From assembly GCA_025558095.1 (NCBI GenBank), contig JAIVFI010000044.1, positions 1 through 64,000 of the forward strand: a stretch of 64,000 nt of DNA, in the 5' to 3' direction. Below, piece by piece: positions 34,021 through 45,740 of this stretch (position 1 is the first letter of the stretch; each line of letters starts with the position of its first letter). A model generated the notes under the pieces. It was not told where the DNA came from. It did not search any database and worked only from the letters and a program-made list of their open reading frames with translations. Position numbers and translations under genes: made by a program. The DNA comes from Hyaloraphidium curvatum SAG 235-1. Lineage: Eukaryota; Fungi; Monoblepharomycota.

Positions 34021-35540
34021 ATGAGTCCCCGCGGCCGCACGGGCGAGGGGGTGCCGGGACCCGTACCGATGCGGACGGACCGCGGCACCTTCGGACGCTT
34101 ATCCCGGCGAGCAACGGCCGTCGGGCACCGCAGCAGGACATTCTTGAGAACGTCGTTGATCGTGGCCGCGCTCGTTCTTTTCGTCCTCTGCCTTCCGGAC
34201 CAGGCCTCTGCCAAATGGATCCCGTCGACCTCGGCCCACAGCGAACGCTGGCCGTGCCGCTCTTTCCGCGACGACTTTGACGATCCCTCCTCGCTCGGTT
34301 TAATCGAGGACTGGGACGGGGACGCCTCGCACGGCCCCCGCTGGCTGTCGCAGTATCGGCCCCACACTGTCAACATCGCCGACGGCAAGATGGTCCTCGC
34401 ATTGGAGAAGGCGGACTGGTTGAACGGGTACAACCGCACGGAGGGCGCCCAGACTTTCGTGTCGTGGACGCGGTGGATCAAGACGGGCAAGGTCTGCTCG
34501 AGCATGATGACAGCGCGGGGAAATGGGACGGTGTCTGCCATTGTGGTTCGTTCGTCCCCCGCTGCTTCCTGAGCTCGGCTAATGACCGCCCTCCAGATCA
34601 TGAACTTCAACCACTCGGTCCAGATCGACGACGAGATCGACATCGAGTTCGTGGGCAAGGACGAGGGCCGGTTCATGCAGTCCAACTGGTTCGGCGAGGC
34701 CCGCCCCGTCTACGGCAACGGCATCACGGACCACCCCGTCGCCCCGGACACGGCTACCAACTTCCACGTGTACTGCATGGAGCGGACGAACGAGTACATC
34801 AGCTGGACCATCGACAACTTCGAGGTGCGCCGGGCGACGTTTGCCGAGTGGGGATCCCGCGGCCTGCCGTGGAGGGAGAGCAAGATCATCTTCAACATCT
34901 GGGACGGCGGGCAGGGCGACTGGGGCACGGGCCAGTGGGCAGGCAGCCCGACCGACTGGACCGACGCGCAGAACCCCAACTACCGGGTGGTGATCGACTG
35001 GGTCCAGGTGTGGTGCTACGGCAACGAGGACCCGGAGCCGACCAACGGCACCTGGACCACCCGCACGACCACCCGGACGGCGACGACACGGAGGTCGCAA
35101 CCCACGCCGACGTCTACAAGCCGCACGAAGAGCAGGACCAGGACCACGCTGACGGGGAGCAGCAGGACGACGGAGCGGACGCTGCTGGGCGGTTTCCGCG
35201 CCGTCACGCCCCTGACAAGGAGCATCAGGACCACGGTTGGTTCATTGATCCGTCCCTGAGAGCCCGATCTAACTGCTCTTTGTGCCAGACCGCGGCGTTT
35301 GTCCCCGTCGAGGTCGAGACTGCGGCTTCCACTTCCCTCGCTCCGACGACCCTCACCCTGACGACCGGGCTACCAGGGGCTGGCAATACCCTGGTTACCG
35401 TGACCCCGACGGCCGATCAGCCGGCCAACGTGGTGGCCACGACACAGCCCGCCGATCGGCCGAGGTCGGGCGGTTCGGGAGCTTTGCCGAAGAGTGCGTG
35501 GCTGTTGGCTGTCGGTGTGCTGGTGGCCCTCTTCTTGTGA
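34021..35540 (+). CDS. GH16 (Crh-like) glycosidase, probably GPI-anchored; paralog of 25762-28476
   Basis: DDEIDIEFVG, FHVYCME, NIWDGGQGD; two introns; C-terminal GPI-like signal SGGSGALPKSAWLLAVGVLVALFL. Start may be 34069. Confidence 0.88.
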
Positions 35541-35676
35541 GGTGCCTGAAAGGCGCAAAAAGGACGAGATACCTCTGAGTCAACATTAGCTTCTATCTTC
35601 TATCTACCACAGCGTGAGACGAGGTGCAATAGACTTCGTGGATGAAAGCACGGGCAACAGCGTTGTCGCCATCTTC

Positions 35677-36929
35677 CTACACTCCCTGTGTACTCTCCGC
35701 AATCTCCTTTAGCCATTCGACCTCTTCATCCTGCCAGCGGTCAACTTTCATCCCGCGCGACTCGAGCAAACCGAGCAGATCGAGTAGGTGTGACGCCTCC
35801 TCCGCAATTGGTGACGCGCAAAAGGCCCCGTCGAAGTACACGTAGACACTATCCACTCGTAGGGTGAAGGAAGGGGATAGGAGAACGCGGTCCACTCGAG
35901 CAGCCTCCAAAAGGGTGAGGGGTCGAAGAGACAGCTGCCCAATTACCAGAAGACGCAGACTGCGGCTTGGAGGGGGACACTCCACCAACAAACCCACGTC
36001 TAGTCCCGGTACCTCAAGGCTGGTGAGAGTCGGGAGCTTCACGATTTTGGACCACGTGCCCGGCTCGACATCCAGGCTAATGTAGCGGCTGTCCGCAAGA
36101 AACAACCGCTCCGGAGCGAAGTGAGGATCGCCTAGAAGTTTGTCCAGTGCCGTGTCATCAGCCGTACTGCTCCAGGTTTTGATCTTCGGAACTAAGAACT
36201 GCGGTAGGGCAGGTTGTTCGTAGTCCAAATCTTCGCAGAACAAAAGATGCACGGTCTCCAGCTCGGGGCACGAATCAGGGCCGAATTCTTCTATGACCTC
36301 GTCCGAAGCGAATCCCCTCAGCGTCAGCTCGCGGAGCGAGGCAGGTTGAGGCGCAGGTCACGCTGTTCATCGTCTTCTCTGTCCCAGTGCTCGGGCATGA
36401 CGGTCAGGTCGAGGCAAGTAAGGTGTGGGAGAAAGGCGCTAGCGAGCTGATACAGACGAATACCGTCATCGTTGAACTTGAGCTGCGCCGACCTGGCTCC
36501 GGAGCACGCCCGGAGGATGCTTTCGAGATCGACGCGAGGGCGCCCGTCGTACCGGGTTTCCAAACAAAGGTGCCACACGTAACGGAAAAGATTCTTCTTC
36601 GCCCAGCGCCTCCGGACCCGCTCGACGCTCACTGTTGAGCCGAAGTTCGGAACGAAAACGCGGTGAAAGTGTGGAACCAGAAGCTCGGAAAGGCCACGGC
36701 ATGCGAGCGCAAAGTCCAGCAGCGACTTGGTGCCGGGCTCGAAAAACGTGCCAATGTGCGCGAGAATCTCCGGCGGAAGAGTCGGTAGGGGCCCGAGGTC
36801 GGCGGAAACGGGTGCGGACGCGTCACCGCTCAAGGAGGCGTCAGGCCGCACGGACGCGCCCCGGCGGTCCTGGGCGGCACGCATGGCGGCAAAGAGGGCA
36901 GGCAGGGTAGTTTGGCGACGAGTGCTCAT
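35677..36929 (-). pseudogene. F-box/LRR-like family copy A, single frameshift near 36340
   Basis: MSTRRQTTLPALFAAMRAAQ, PTLPPEILAHIGTFFEPGTKSLLDFALAC. LNLP is followed by LRELTLRGF in a shifted frame; conserved tail AEEASHLLDLLGLLESRG. Confidence 0.8.
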
Positions 36930-37044
36930 TGTTGGCTCGATCCGTGGGCGGCAACTTGTGACCACTCGTTTTGCGGAACGCGACGTGGAGACGAGCGCAA
37001 CGCAATCATCAGGTACAGTCAAATGAGGAACGATTCCGATCTAG

Positions 37045-38171
37045 CTACAGCCCATGCGTGCCTTCCACGATCTCCTTCAGCTTCTCCAACTCCTCGTCAT
37101 CTCCGAATCCGAGCTTGGTCCCCCGCGACTCAAGCACGGCGATGAAATCGAGCAGCTGTGACGCCTCGTCCGCCGTCGCGTCCATCCCATCGACGTCCGG
37201 CACGTATACGCCGTCCACCCGGACGACGGAGGACGTGGATCCGCACATCCGCGACAATCGATCGGCTTTGTACGGGATGAGCGGCCGGACGTCCAGCAGG
37301 TCGACGATCAGGCTTTCCAGGTTCGGGCCCGGGTGGAAATCCGCCAGCACGTCCGAGCCGAGATACGCCACCCCAAAGCGTTTGAGCGACGGAAGCTTCG
37401 AAATCTCGGAAAAGGATTCCCCGTCGAGGCTCATCACGTCCCAGGCGTCCGGCTCCAGGATCACGCGTTCGGGAGCAAACGAAGCACCTCCGTCAATCAC
37501 GAGCTCCATCAAGCAATCCAGGTCCGCACCGCTCCAGGATGTGATCCTGGGGACGAGAAACACGGGCACGTGCGGGTGCTCCCAATCCAGGTCCTGGTCG
37601 AATTGGAGATGGACTCGTGTTCCCATGTTTCCAACGCGAAGAGCAGGTCGAGCCGCGTCAGGTGCGGGAGCGGAACGGTGGCGAAACGATGCACGCAGCT
37701 CTCCTCCCTGAAGCTGAGCTGCGCCGACGTGGCCCTGGAGCTCGCCCGGAGGATGCGTTCGAGGCTGAATCCCGGGCGCCCGTCGTTCGACGTGTGCAGA
37801 CGGAGGTGCCTGACGTGCTGGAAGCGGCGTTTCCTGTGCCAATGCTTCGCGACCCGCTCCATCCTCTTGCCCGATACCGAGACGGGGCTCGGAAGAAAGA
37901 TTCGGTGGAGGTGGGGCACCAGCAGCTCGAAGAGGGCACGGCACGCAAGCGAATACTCGAGCAGCGCCTTCGTGCCCGACTTGAAAAACGTGCCACTGTG
38001 CGCGAGAATCTCCAAGGGTAAAGTCGGCAAAGGCTCAATGGCATCCGAAGTGAGCGCGGATGCGTTGGAGCTCGAGGGACCGTCGCGTCGAGCGGACGCG
38101 CCGTGGCCTGGTTGCGCGGTCCGCATCGAGGCAAAGAGGGCCGGGAGCGTCGTTTGGCGACGCCCAGTCAT
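37045..38171 (-). pseudogene. F-box/LRR-like family copy B, internal deletion plus frameshift near 37615
   Basis: MTGRRQTTLPALFASMRTAQ, PTLPLEILAH; the LRFNLP..SCPKLE block found in the paralogs is missing. Confidence 0.8.
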
Positions 38172-38408
38172 TTTGGACGCGTTGCGGGGCCTTTTCGGTC
38201 GTGAAGCTTCGCGGGCAAGCGAGGCGGAGACGGAAGACTGCACCCAAGTCAAGCTCTGGCCGCGAATCGCCACCCCGATCCCGGACAGAGGGCAAAACAA
38301 AGGATCAATACCTTGCATTGCCCATACCAGGTCACAACAGCAGCCGCCATGTCGATCCGTGCTCGCAGCTTCGCCCCGCCCCGTGACTCCAGCTCTGCCC
38401 CTGACGCC

Positions 38409-39380
38409 TCACTTCCCCCCCTTCGCATCCTCGGGACATATCTCCGCAGCCAGCTTCTCGATCCTCTCCGCGATCTTCCCCCACCCGAACTTGCCCACCA
38501 CCTCCCCCGACTGCCCCACCATCGGCTCCCCGTCCCTCTTCCTCCCCTCGGCGCACGCCTCCCTGTACCCCTGCAGGTACAGCGGAAACAGCCCCCTCAC
38601 CGCCTCCTTCACGGCCTGCGGCATCCTCGCCGTCTCGGGCGCCCCCTCCAGCGTCCCGCACACGGCCGCGCGCACCGTCTCGTGGCGCACCACGGCGTCG
38701 TAGTCCCTGCAGCGGTCCTCGGGGGCGGTCTCGAGGCCGGGCTCGTTGCGGAGGGGGGATTCGCCCATGAGGGATTGGATCGAGAGGAGGACGGAGGAGA
38801 GGGATTGCGCGGCGGACCAGGAGGGGCCGGGCCAGGTGCCGAGGATCGAGAGGCAGACCTTGCCGTCCGCGTAGCTGTCGGGGCGGTGGCAAGAGACGGG
38901 GAGGGGGGGGTTAGGTTGCTGTCACGGCCAGGCGCCGCCGTGGGAGGCACCAGGTGTGCGAGGGAGACGCACAGGTTCGGGTTGAAGCGCACGCGGCCCA
39001 TGTCGGTTGTGATGAGCTTGACGGCGGGGGGGAAATGTGGGTAATCGTCTACATTGATAATACCGTTTCGTTAGTGTTCTTTCGCACGTCGGTGGCCCTT
39101 TGGGAGACCCACCGGGCACGTCGAGCACGAAATGGAAGAACCCCCCCTCGTACGGCGTGTCGAACGGCCCCGTGACCAGCGCGTGCACCGTGGTGACCAT
39201 GTTGTCGTCCGGCACGATCCAGATCCCCTCCAGCGGCGAGTCCTTGAGCCGTTTGAGCTCCGCGCGGATCCGGGAGAGGCACGCCTTGGTCGGGGCACGC
39301 GACGCGGGGCGCTGGTCGGGGTCCCACGTCGAGCGCGGCGGGGGGCGCCACGGCACCGAGGTCGTGGACTTCGAGGCCAT
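38409..39380 (-). CDS. UBE2Z: Ubiquitin-conjugating enzyme E2 Z (UBE2Z/USE1-like)
   Basis: HALVTGPFDTPYEGGFFHF, VRFNPNL|YADGKVCLSILGTWPGPSW, SIQSLM..P.RNEPG, VRHETVRAAVC; two introns. Confidence 0.88.
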
Positions 39381-39471
39381 TGTCCTTTTTGCGACACCAA
39401 TGGAGGTTCCGACGCCTCTTCGCGCTCCAAAAGAACCGGAGTTCGCGGGGCACGACTTCTGAGAGCTGCGA

Positions 39472-39484
39472 ACTCGCCCTTTCG
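39472..39484 (+). repeat. Left target-site duplication ACTCGCCCTTTCG
   Basis: Identical to 40911-40923. Confidence 0.9.
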
Positions 39485-40910
39485 CGCTTGCTGGGAGATC
39501 GGGCCGAGGATCTGGATCCGCTGTCGGTGGAGGGTCGGACTGTGCGGGAGCAGGTATTCTTGGGTCTGCACTACTCGGGGATGGGGCTTCTGTCATCGGA
39601 GAAGGTGGCCTCGGCGGCTTACCTGTCTTCACTCAACCTCACGGCGGGCCCCTTGGACGCCATGCTTGGTCTTCGAACCTCGGCCCGGGGTGTGGGCGTG
39701 GAGCACGTGCGGGAACTGGTTCCCGTCATCGAGGCCCTCCGCCCCGCCTTTGAGCGTGTCGAGGATGACACGGCCGCAGCGTACGCCGAGGCTGCGCGTG
39801 CTGGGCAACCGGTGGGCGCCGCGCCCGCCCGCCGTACGCTCCCTGCGGACGCCAGTTTCTTCGCTCAGCCGGTCTGGCACGGCCTGCAGAGCGACCTTAC
39901 GCGTCTCGAGGACCAGCGCCGCCTCGCGGCTCTGATTGCCTTGCAACCCGACACTTCCGCTGGTCTGGAGCGCCGCAAGCGGCTCGTCCAGGCGCAGGAC
40001 GGCCTGTCGGCTTTCCTGACTGCCTCTCCCGCGCTGCTTGCCAACCACATTCGCAACAACTTTTTCCGCTTACTTGTACGCTTCCGGCTTTGCCTCCCGC
40101 TCCTGCACGAGGCCGACTACCCTGGTCTTTCCTTGCCCTGCCGGCGGGGCTGCAAGCGATCGGCCATGTCGCTGACGGGGGAGCACGCGTTCTCGGGCTG
40201 CTATGGCCGGGATCTCTTCAGTCCTGGTCACGACGACATTTGCGCGGCCATCCGCGCGGCGCTTCGCTCCATCCCGCTCCTCCGCGTGCACCCCATGCCG
40301 CCAAACCTCCTTGCGCATGGCTACGAGACTGTCACCCCGCCCACGCCTGCGGATGCTGGCCGCCTTGGCGACATTCTCATCACGCACCGCGAAACCCGGA
40401 AACGGTGGTTGCTCGAGATCAAGACCCTCACCTCTATGGCCCATTTGCACACGGGCCTGGTCTTCTCGGTCCCGGGCCACGCAGTCGAACGGCGGGTCGA
40501 GGCCGCCAGGAAGGACTACTCCCGTTTCGTCTTCAACGCCAACTTCTACCCTCTGATCGTGCTTGCTTTTGATTCGTACAGCGCTGTCTCTGCCACTTTC
40601 TCGCGCTTCTCCTCGGAGATGGGGCGCATCCAGTATCCCGGGATCGTCGGCCGCGATGGGCAGCCCGTGGACCTCGATGGCCTTTACTCTCGTTTTGTGC
40701 GGCGCTTCCGCGAACGGATCGCGGTGGCCTGGGCTCTTGGCGTCGCGGCCCAACTCCAACACTGGCTTCAGCTGTGCACCGAAGCCGCCGCTGTCAACGC
40801 TCCGGCCCCCGCGCCGGTCGCATTTGGTTTGAATGTAGATGAGGAGCTGATTCTTGGGGCGTAGGGGGATTTCTAAGTGTACGGTGGGATTGCTAGCTCC
40901 TCATTACAAC
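39485..40910 (+). mobile_element. 5'-truncated non-LTR retrotransposon, RLE/CRE-like clade (RT thumb end, CCHC knuckle, restriction-like endonuclease)
   Basis: Open frame from the 5' break to TAG 40862-40864: QVFLGLHYSGMGL..AAYLSS, FRLLVRFRLCLP, CRRGC..EHAFSGC, GHDDI, RLGDILI..LLEIKT, RFRERIAVAW. Flanked by the 13-bp direct repeat ACTCGCCCTTTCG. Confidence 0.88.
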
Positions 40911-40923
40911 ACTCGCCCTTTCG
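40911..40923 (+). repeat. Right target-site duplication ACTCGCCCTTTCG
   Basis: Identical to 39472-39484. Confidence 0.9.
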
Positions 40924-41016
40924 ACTGCCCCCCTTCTCCGTTTCCCGCGCCCGGAAATCTACGCTTTCTCGACATCTTCCACTTTAGTTGATCTCTAGGA
41001 CTGCGGCTCTGCGTGG

Positions 41017-42270
41017 ATGGGAGCCCCGGAAACCATGCCGCTGCGCGTGACGAACCCGGACCCGCCAGAGTCCCCCAACGGCAACGCGGACCTGGAATCA
41101 GCGATTGCACCAAACGGAGACGGCGAGGATATTGCCAACATGGACGGCGACGTGACGGCGGATGACGCCGACGCGATCTCGTCCCTGCCCCCCGAGCTCG
41201 CCCTGCGCGTGTTCGCCACGCTGGCCGCGGCCTCCATAAAGGCACTCTGCACGGCGTCGGCCGTCTCCCGAACGTGGCACCGGCTGGCGACGGACGCGCA
41301 CATCTGGCGGGACCGCTACGTCGCGGACTTTGGGTCGCGGTTCGCTGCGTACGACGACCCCGGCACAACCGATTGCGCCGCCGACGCCGTCCTTCCCCTC
41401 CACCCGCTGACGGACCTCTCCAAAGCGCCGCGCCTCGCCCTCGACCTCGTTCCTGACGCCCAGCTCTCCGCCTTTGTCTCTGCCCGCGACCGAGCCTTTG
41501 GCCTCGTCGGCAATGCCTCGCGCCTCCCAGGAACCCGCGCGGACCTCCTCGCCCTCGCCCTCCTCACCCCGGGCCCGTGCATCCGCCCCCCACCCCCCTT
41601 CTCCTCCCTCGCCAAGCTGTCGTACCACACCGCCCTCCGCGACGCCCGCCGCTCCCTCCTCGCCTCGGCGCGGGAGCTCTCCCGCATGGAGCTACGCTTC
41701 CGGTTCAAGGACCACGAGGAGGATTTCGCCCCCGACCCGTTCCCGGACCGCCGCGTGCTCGCGCGGTTCAGGGGCGACGGCACGTACGAGAGCGAGTGGG
41801 TGTCGGGGGAGAAGCTGCGGATGCGGTGGCGGTTCGCCGCGCCGGCGGGGTCGTACGACCCGTTCAACTACGTGTCGAGCGGGTCGGACGGGTCGGACGA
41901 CCCGGATTATGCGCCCTCCGCACGGCTGCCCAGGAGGTCGAGGCGGGCCGCCGCCCGCGCGAGGGTGCCGCCGGCGCTGCCGGCAATCAACATGCCCAAC
42001 CTGTCGGGGGACAGGCCGTGGGAGCGGCATTCGAGGGTCGCGGTGGAGGATTACCCGGTGCTGACGGCGGAGAGGGTCGTGTGCCGCGTGGAAAAGGGAG
42101 TCGAGGCCGAGGAGGGCATCGGGGTGTTGGGGGACGGTCAGTTCCTGGGCTGGAAGCTGGAGAACGATTGTGGGTTGCCTCGCGCCGGGCCGCGTGCGGC
42201 ATCGGGCTAACCTGCTGCTCGCATGCCAGGGGTCACTTTCGAGACCACGGGGAGGATCTTTCTCGGTTGA
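41017..42270 (+). CDS. Canonical F-box protein
   Basis: ISSLPPELALRVFATL..LCTASAVSRTWHRLATDAHIWR. Intron from 42170; last exon WVTFETTGRIFLG*. Confidence 0.82.
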
Positions 42271-42703
42271 GTCTTGGATCTGGGGACAGCAAGCACTCGT
42301 TCGCGCGCTCTATTTCTTGTGGCAGGAGGTGACATGTAGCAGATATATTGATATGGAAGGGTCGTCTCACCTTTTCCGCACTTCGACTCCTCCCGCGTGC
42401 ATGCAGTTTTGCGGTCTGCCGGAGGTGTCCGGCGGGGGCGGGAGGCATCGGAACCGCGCCAGATGCGAGACCGAAGATGCTGCTCCGGGCAGCATGGCGA
42501 GCCGCCTGTGACTTCGAGGCGACCAATTCTGGCGGATATTGTCCTAATGAGCTCCCGCATGCATTGGGCGCGGGTCGGAAACGTGTTTCGATTTCCCAGG
42601 GATCCAAGGAAAGAGGACGCAACTGGCTGGGCACGGTGACTCAAGCTCCCTGTATGACGTCGTTTCACCACGACTCTGCTGACGCTACATTCGCCCCACC
42701 GAC

Positions 42704-45468
42704 ATGAATCGCCCCCTTGCCCCCGCGATCGCGCTGCTCTTGTTGTTCCTGCTCCTCGTGCCGCCCGACGCGCGCGCGCAGACGAAGTGGGCCGCGCGGC
42801 CTGCGCCGCCGCCGACACCGACGCTCATTCGCACCGCCCCGCTGCCCGCAGGACCGTCACGAGAACCGTCGCGCGGACCACCGTGTCGCGCACGGTGACG
42901 CGCTTCGCCACGCGGACGAGCGTCAAGACCGTGCGGAGGACCGTCACGCTCAAGACAAAGACGCTCACGCGGAACGTCACCGAGACGCTCGCCGCCGCGG
43001 ACGCGCCGCTGCGCGCGACTCAATTCGTGCGTCGTCGTGTTGTGGCCGCCATCGGGCCGGTTTCTGACCCGCCCGGCCCCAGGCGCCCGCAAACTTGGAG
43101 GCTGCAGCCCCGACCCAGACGGTCACGTTGTTCATCACCGTGGTGAGTTCCGATCCCGTTGCGGAGCTGCCAATCGCACTCATGAGGTCGCCTCGCAGAC
43201 GGCCCCGTGCCCCGGCGCCCCATCGACGACCACCGGCGCGAAAAGCACCACCAAGGCCGCCCCCTCGTCGACGAAAAGCGCCCCGCCGACGACCACCAAA
43301 GCCCCGCAGCCCTCCACGGCGGCCAGGTCAGCTACGAGTTACGTCCCGCCGACGACAACGAGGGCCCCGCAGTCGTCCACGACAGCCAAGGCTCCGCAGT
43401 CGTCCACGACGACCAAGCCCCCGCAGTCTTCGACGACGGTCAAGGCGCTACAGTCTTCTACAACGGGCAAGCCTCCACAGTCGTCAACGACCGCCATCCT
43501 GCCCAAGTCATCGACGACCAAACCTCCCCCCACGACCACCAAGCTCGTGCAGTCCTCCACGACCAAGGCTCCGCCGACGACGACCAAGGCTGCTCAATCG
43601 TCTACTACGAGGGCTCCGCAGACGACGACCAAGGCACCGCAGTCCTCTACCACGACAAAGGTCCTCCAGTCGTCAACCACGGCAAAGCCTCCGCAGTCGT
43701 CGACGACCACCATCGATCCCAAGTCGTCCACGACCACCATCTCTCCCAGGTCATCGACGACGGCCAAGGCCGCGCAGTCGTCGACGACGGCCAAGGCCCC
43801 CCAGTCGTCCACGGCCACCCGCGCTTCCTCTTCGACAACCAGGGCTCCCGTTCCGACTAGCACGACGGTAAGTCGGACCTCGCACCAAACCACTCCCCCA
43901 CTCCCCCTCACCTGACCGCGATCCAGCTTTCCGGTCCGCCATGCAACCCCTCGTGCGCATCTGACAAGGTCTGCGTCAGCGGCACCTGCATCATGCGCGG
44001 CACGCTCTCCTTCGACCTCGTCTGGGAATCCTCCACCGCGTCCCTGGACATCCTCGTCAAGGGCCCGTCGGGCGCGGGCTGCCAGACCATCAGCTGGGGC
44101 AACACCCAAAGCTGCGGCGGCGAGCTCGAAGCCGACGTGGACGCGGCCAACGTCCCCGAGAACATCTACTGGGCCGCATCGCCGCCGGTGGGGATCTACT
44201 CGGTCTGCGTGTCGCGCTGGGCCGGACCGAGCCAGGTGTCCTACAGGGTCGTCGCGCGCCGCGACGGCGTGGCGTTCCAGAGCATCAGCGGGACGACCAA
44301 CCCGGCCTACGACGGATCGAGCTGCGGGCCCGACAGCCCCGGGCTGGCGATGTCCGTGGAGGTGCTGCCCGCCGGGCAGACCGCGACCACGACCCGCAGC
44401 CGCACGCGGTCGACGAGCACCACGAAAGTCGAGACGAGCAGCAGGTCCTTCACGCGGTCGACCACATCCACGGCGCTGGTGAGCCCGACGGGGCTTTCGC
44501 AGGCGGATGCAAAGAGCCTGTGGACCGCCGAGTACCTCCCCTCCAAGGACGCCAACTCGCTCATCGCGTGGACCGGCAGCTACGCGACCTGCAGCAAGGG
44601 CAACACTGCCGCCGCCTTCAAGGCCCATGTGCTCAAGCGGATCAACTACTACCGCCGCGCGGCCGGCATGGACTCGCTTTTGGGGCTCAACGACACCCTC
44701 AACGCAATCGCGCAGGCCGGCGCCCTGATCACCGCCCGCAACGCGCAGGGCAACCACTTCCCCCCCAACACGTGGGCTTGCTGGACGCAGGAAGGCGCCG
44801 ATGCCGCCGGCTCGTCCAACATCGCGCCGGGGAGCTGGGGCCCGAACGCGATCGACGGGTACATGGAGGACAACGGGGGCGGGAACTACTTTGCCGGCCA
44901 CCGCAGGTGGATCCTGTTCCCGCCCATGCTGCGCTGCGGGACGGGGGACGTGCCGCGGGTCGGGGACAGCTGGGAGGAGAACATCGGGGGGAACAATCTG
45001 CTCGTGCTCGGCGGGGAAGGCAACCGCGCGTCGACTCGCCCGGCGGTCAGGGACGGGTTCGTGGCGTGGCCGCATCCGGGCTACGTGCCCTACCAGCTCG
45101 TGTGGGAGCGGTGGTCCTTCTCGCTGCTCGATGCGAACTACTCGGCCGCGGTGCTGTCGGTCACCAAGAGCGGCGCGGCCGTGGCGATCACCAAGAACAC
45201 CGAGAACCAGGGGTGAGTCGCCGCGCCTGCCGCACCCATCCGCGTCCTCGCTCACGCTCCGATCCGCAGGTACGGCGACAACACCCTCGTCTGGCAGGTC
45301 CCCGGCGCCGCAGGCGCCAAGCCCGCATCCCCCGTGCGGTACGACGTGTCGCTGAGCGGCGTGGCGATCGAGACCAAGACGTGGAACTGGGACACCATGA
45401 GCTTCGACGTCGCCAGGGAGTGGAAGAGCTACTCGTACTCGGTGTTCGTGTTCGATCCCGATGCGTGA
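42704..45468 (+). CDS. Secreted mosaic protein: signal, Ser/Thr repeat stalk, YfaP/DUF2135-like domain and bacterial-type CAP (SCP) domain
   Basis: MNRPLAPAIALLLLFLLLV; LVW..SLDILVKGP..GGELEADV..ENIYW; LKRINYYRRAAG, NHFPP, AGHRRWILFP, FVAWPHPGYVPY. About five short introns. Confidence 0.82.
43240..43860 (+). repeat. Coding tandem repeat of ~9-aa units (KAPQSSTTx), mucin-like
   Basis: Repeated aaggc(c/t)ccgcagtcgtccacgac units. Confidence 0.85.
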
Positions 45469-45740
45469 TGGCCCCCTGATCCTGCTCGGCGGGGAGGCCT
45501 CGTCGAGGAGATGCAGCAGCATTGGGAGCACATACTGAGATCACTGTCTGTACAGACGCATGGAAATGTTCAGAAATCATTGGCAGCTACCAGTCGTGTC
45601 ATGTGTCGTGGTCGTGAAGCGATCGGGGCGCCTCCCCGGGACGCGCGAGTGAGCTGGAGCGGAGCAGTCGAGCCGCGCTCCGAAACCGGCGTCTCGCGCT
45701 CCTCAGGCCGGGCTTACGGCCCGCAAAACCGCGCTCCACG

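Noticed and set aside
35677-38171. Programmed frameshifting or tiny introns to rescue F-box copies
   Set aside because: Breaks fall at different positions in each copy, remove conserved residues, and lack slippery or GT-AG signals.
39380-39484. Listed ORF start at 39380 for the 494-aa retroelement frame
   Set aside because: It lies outside the TSD and is not an ATG on the plus strand; the host flank is open by chance, so a domesticated full gene is not supported.
43240-43860. Regularly spaced repeats that could suggest a CRISPR array
   Set aside because: Degenerate, in-frame coding repeats with no unique spacers; eukaryotic context and no cas genes.
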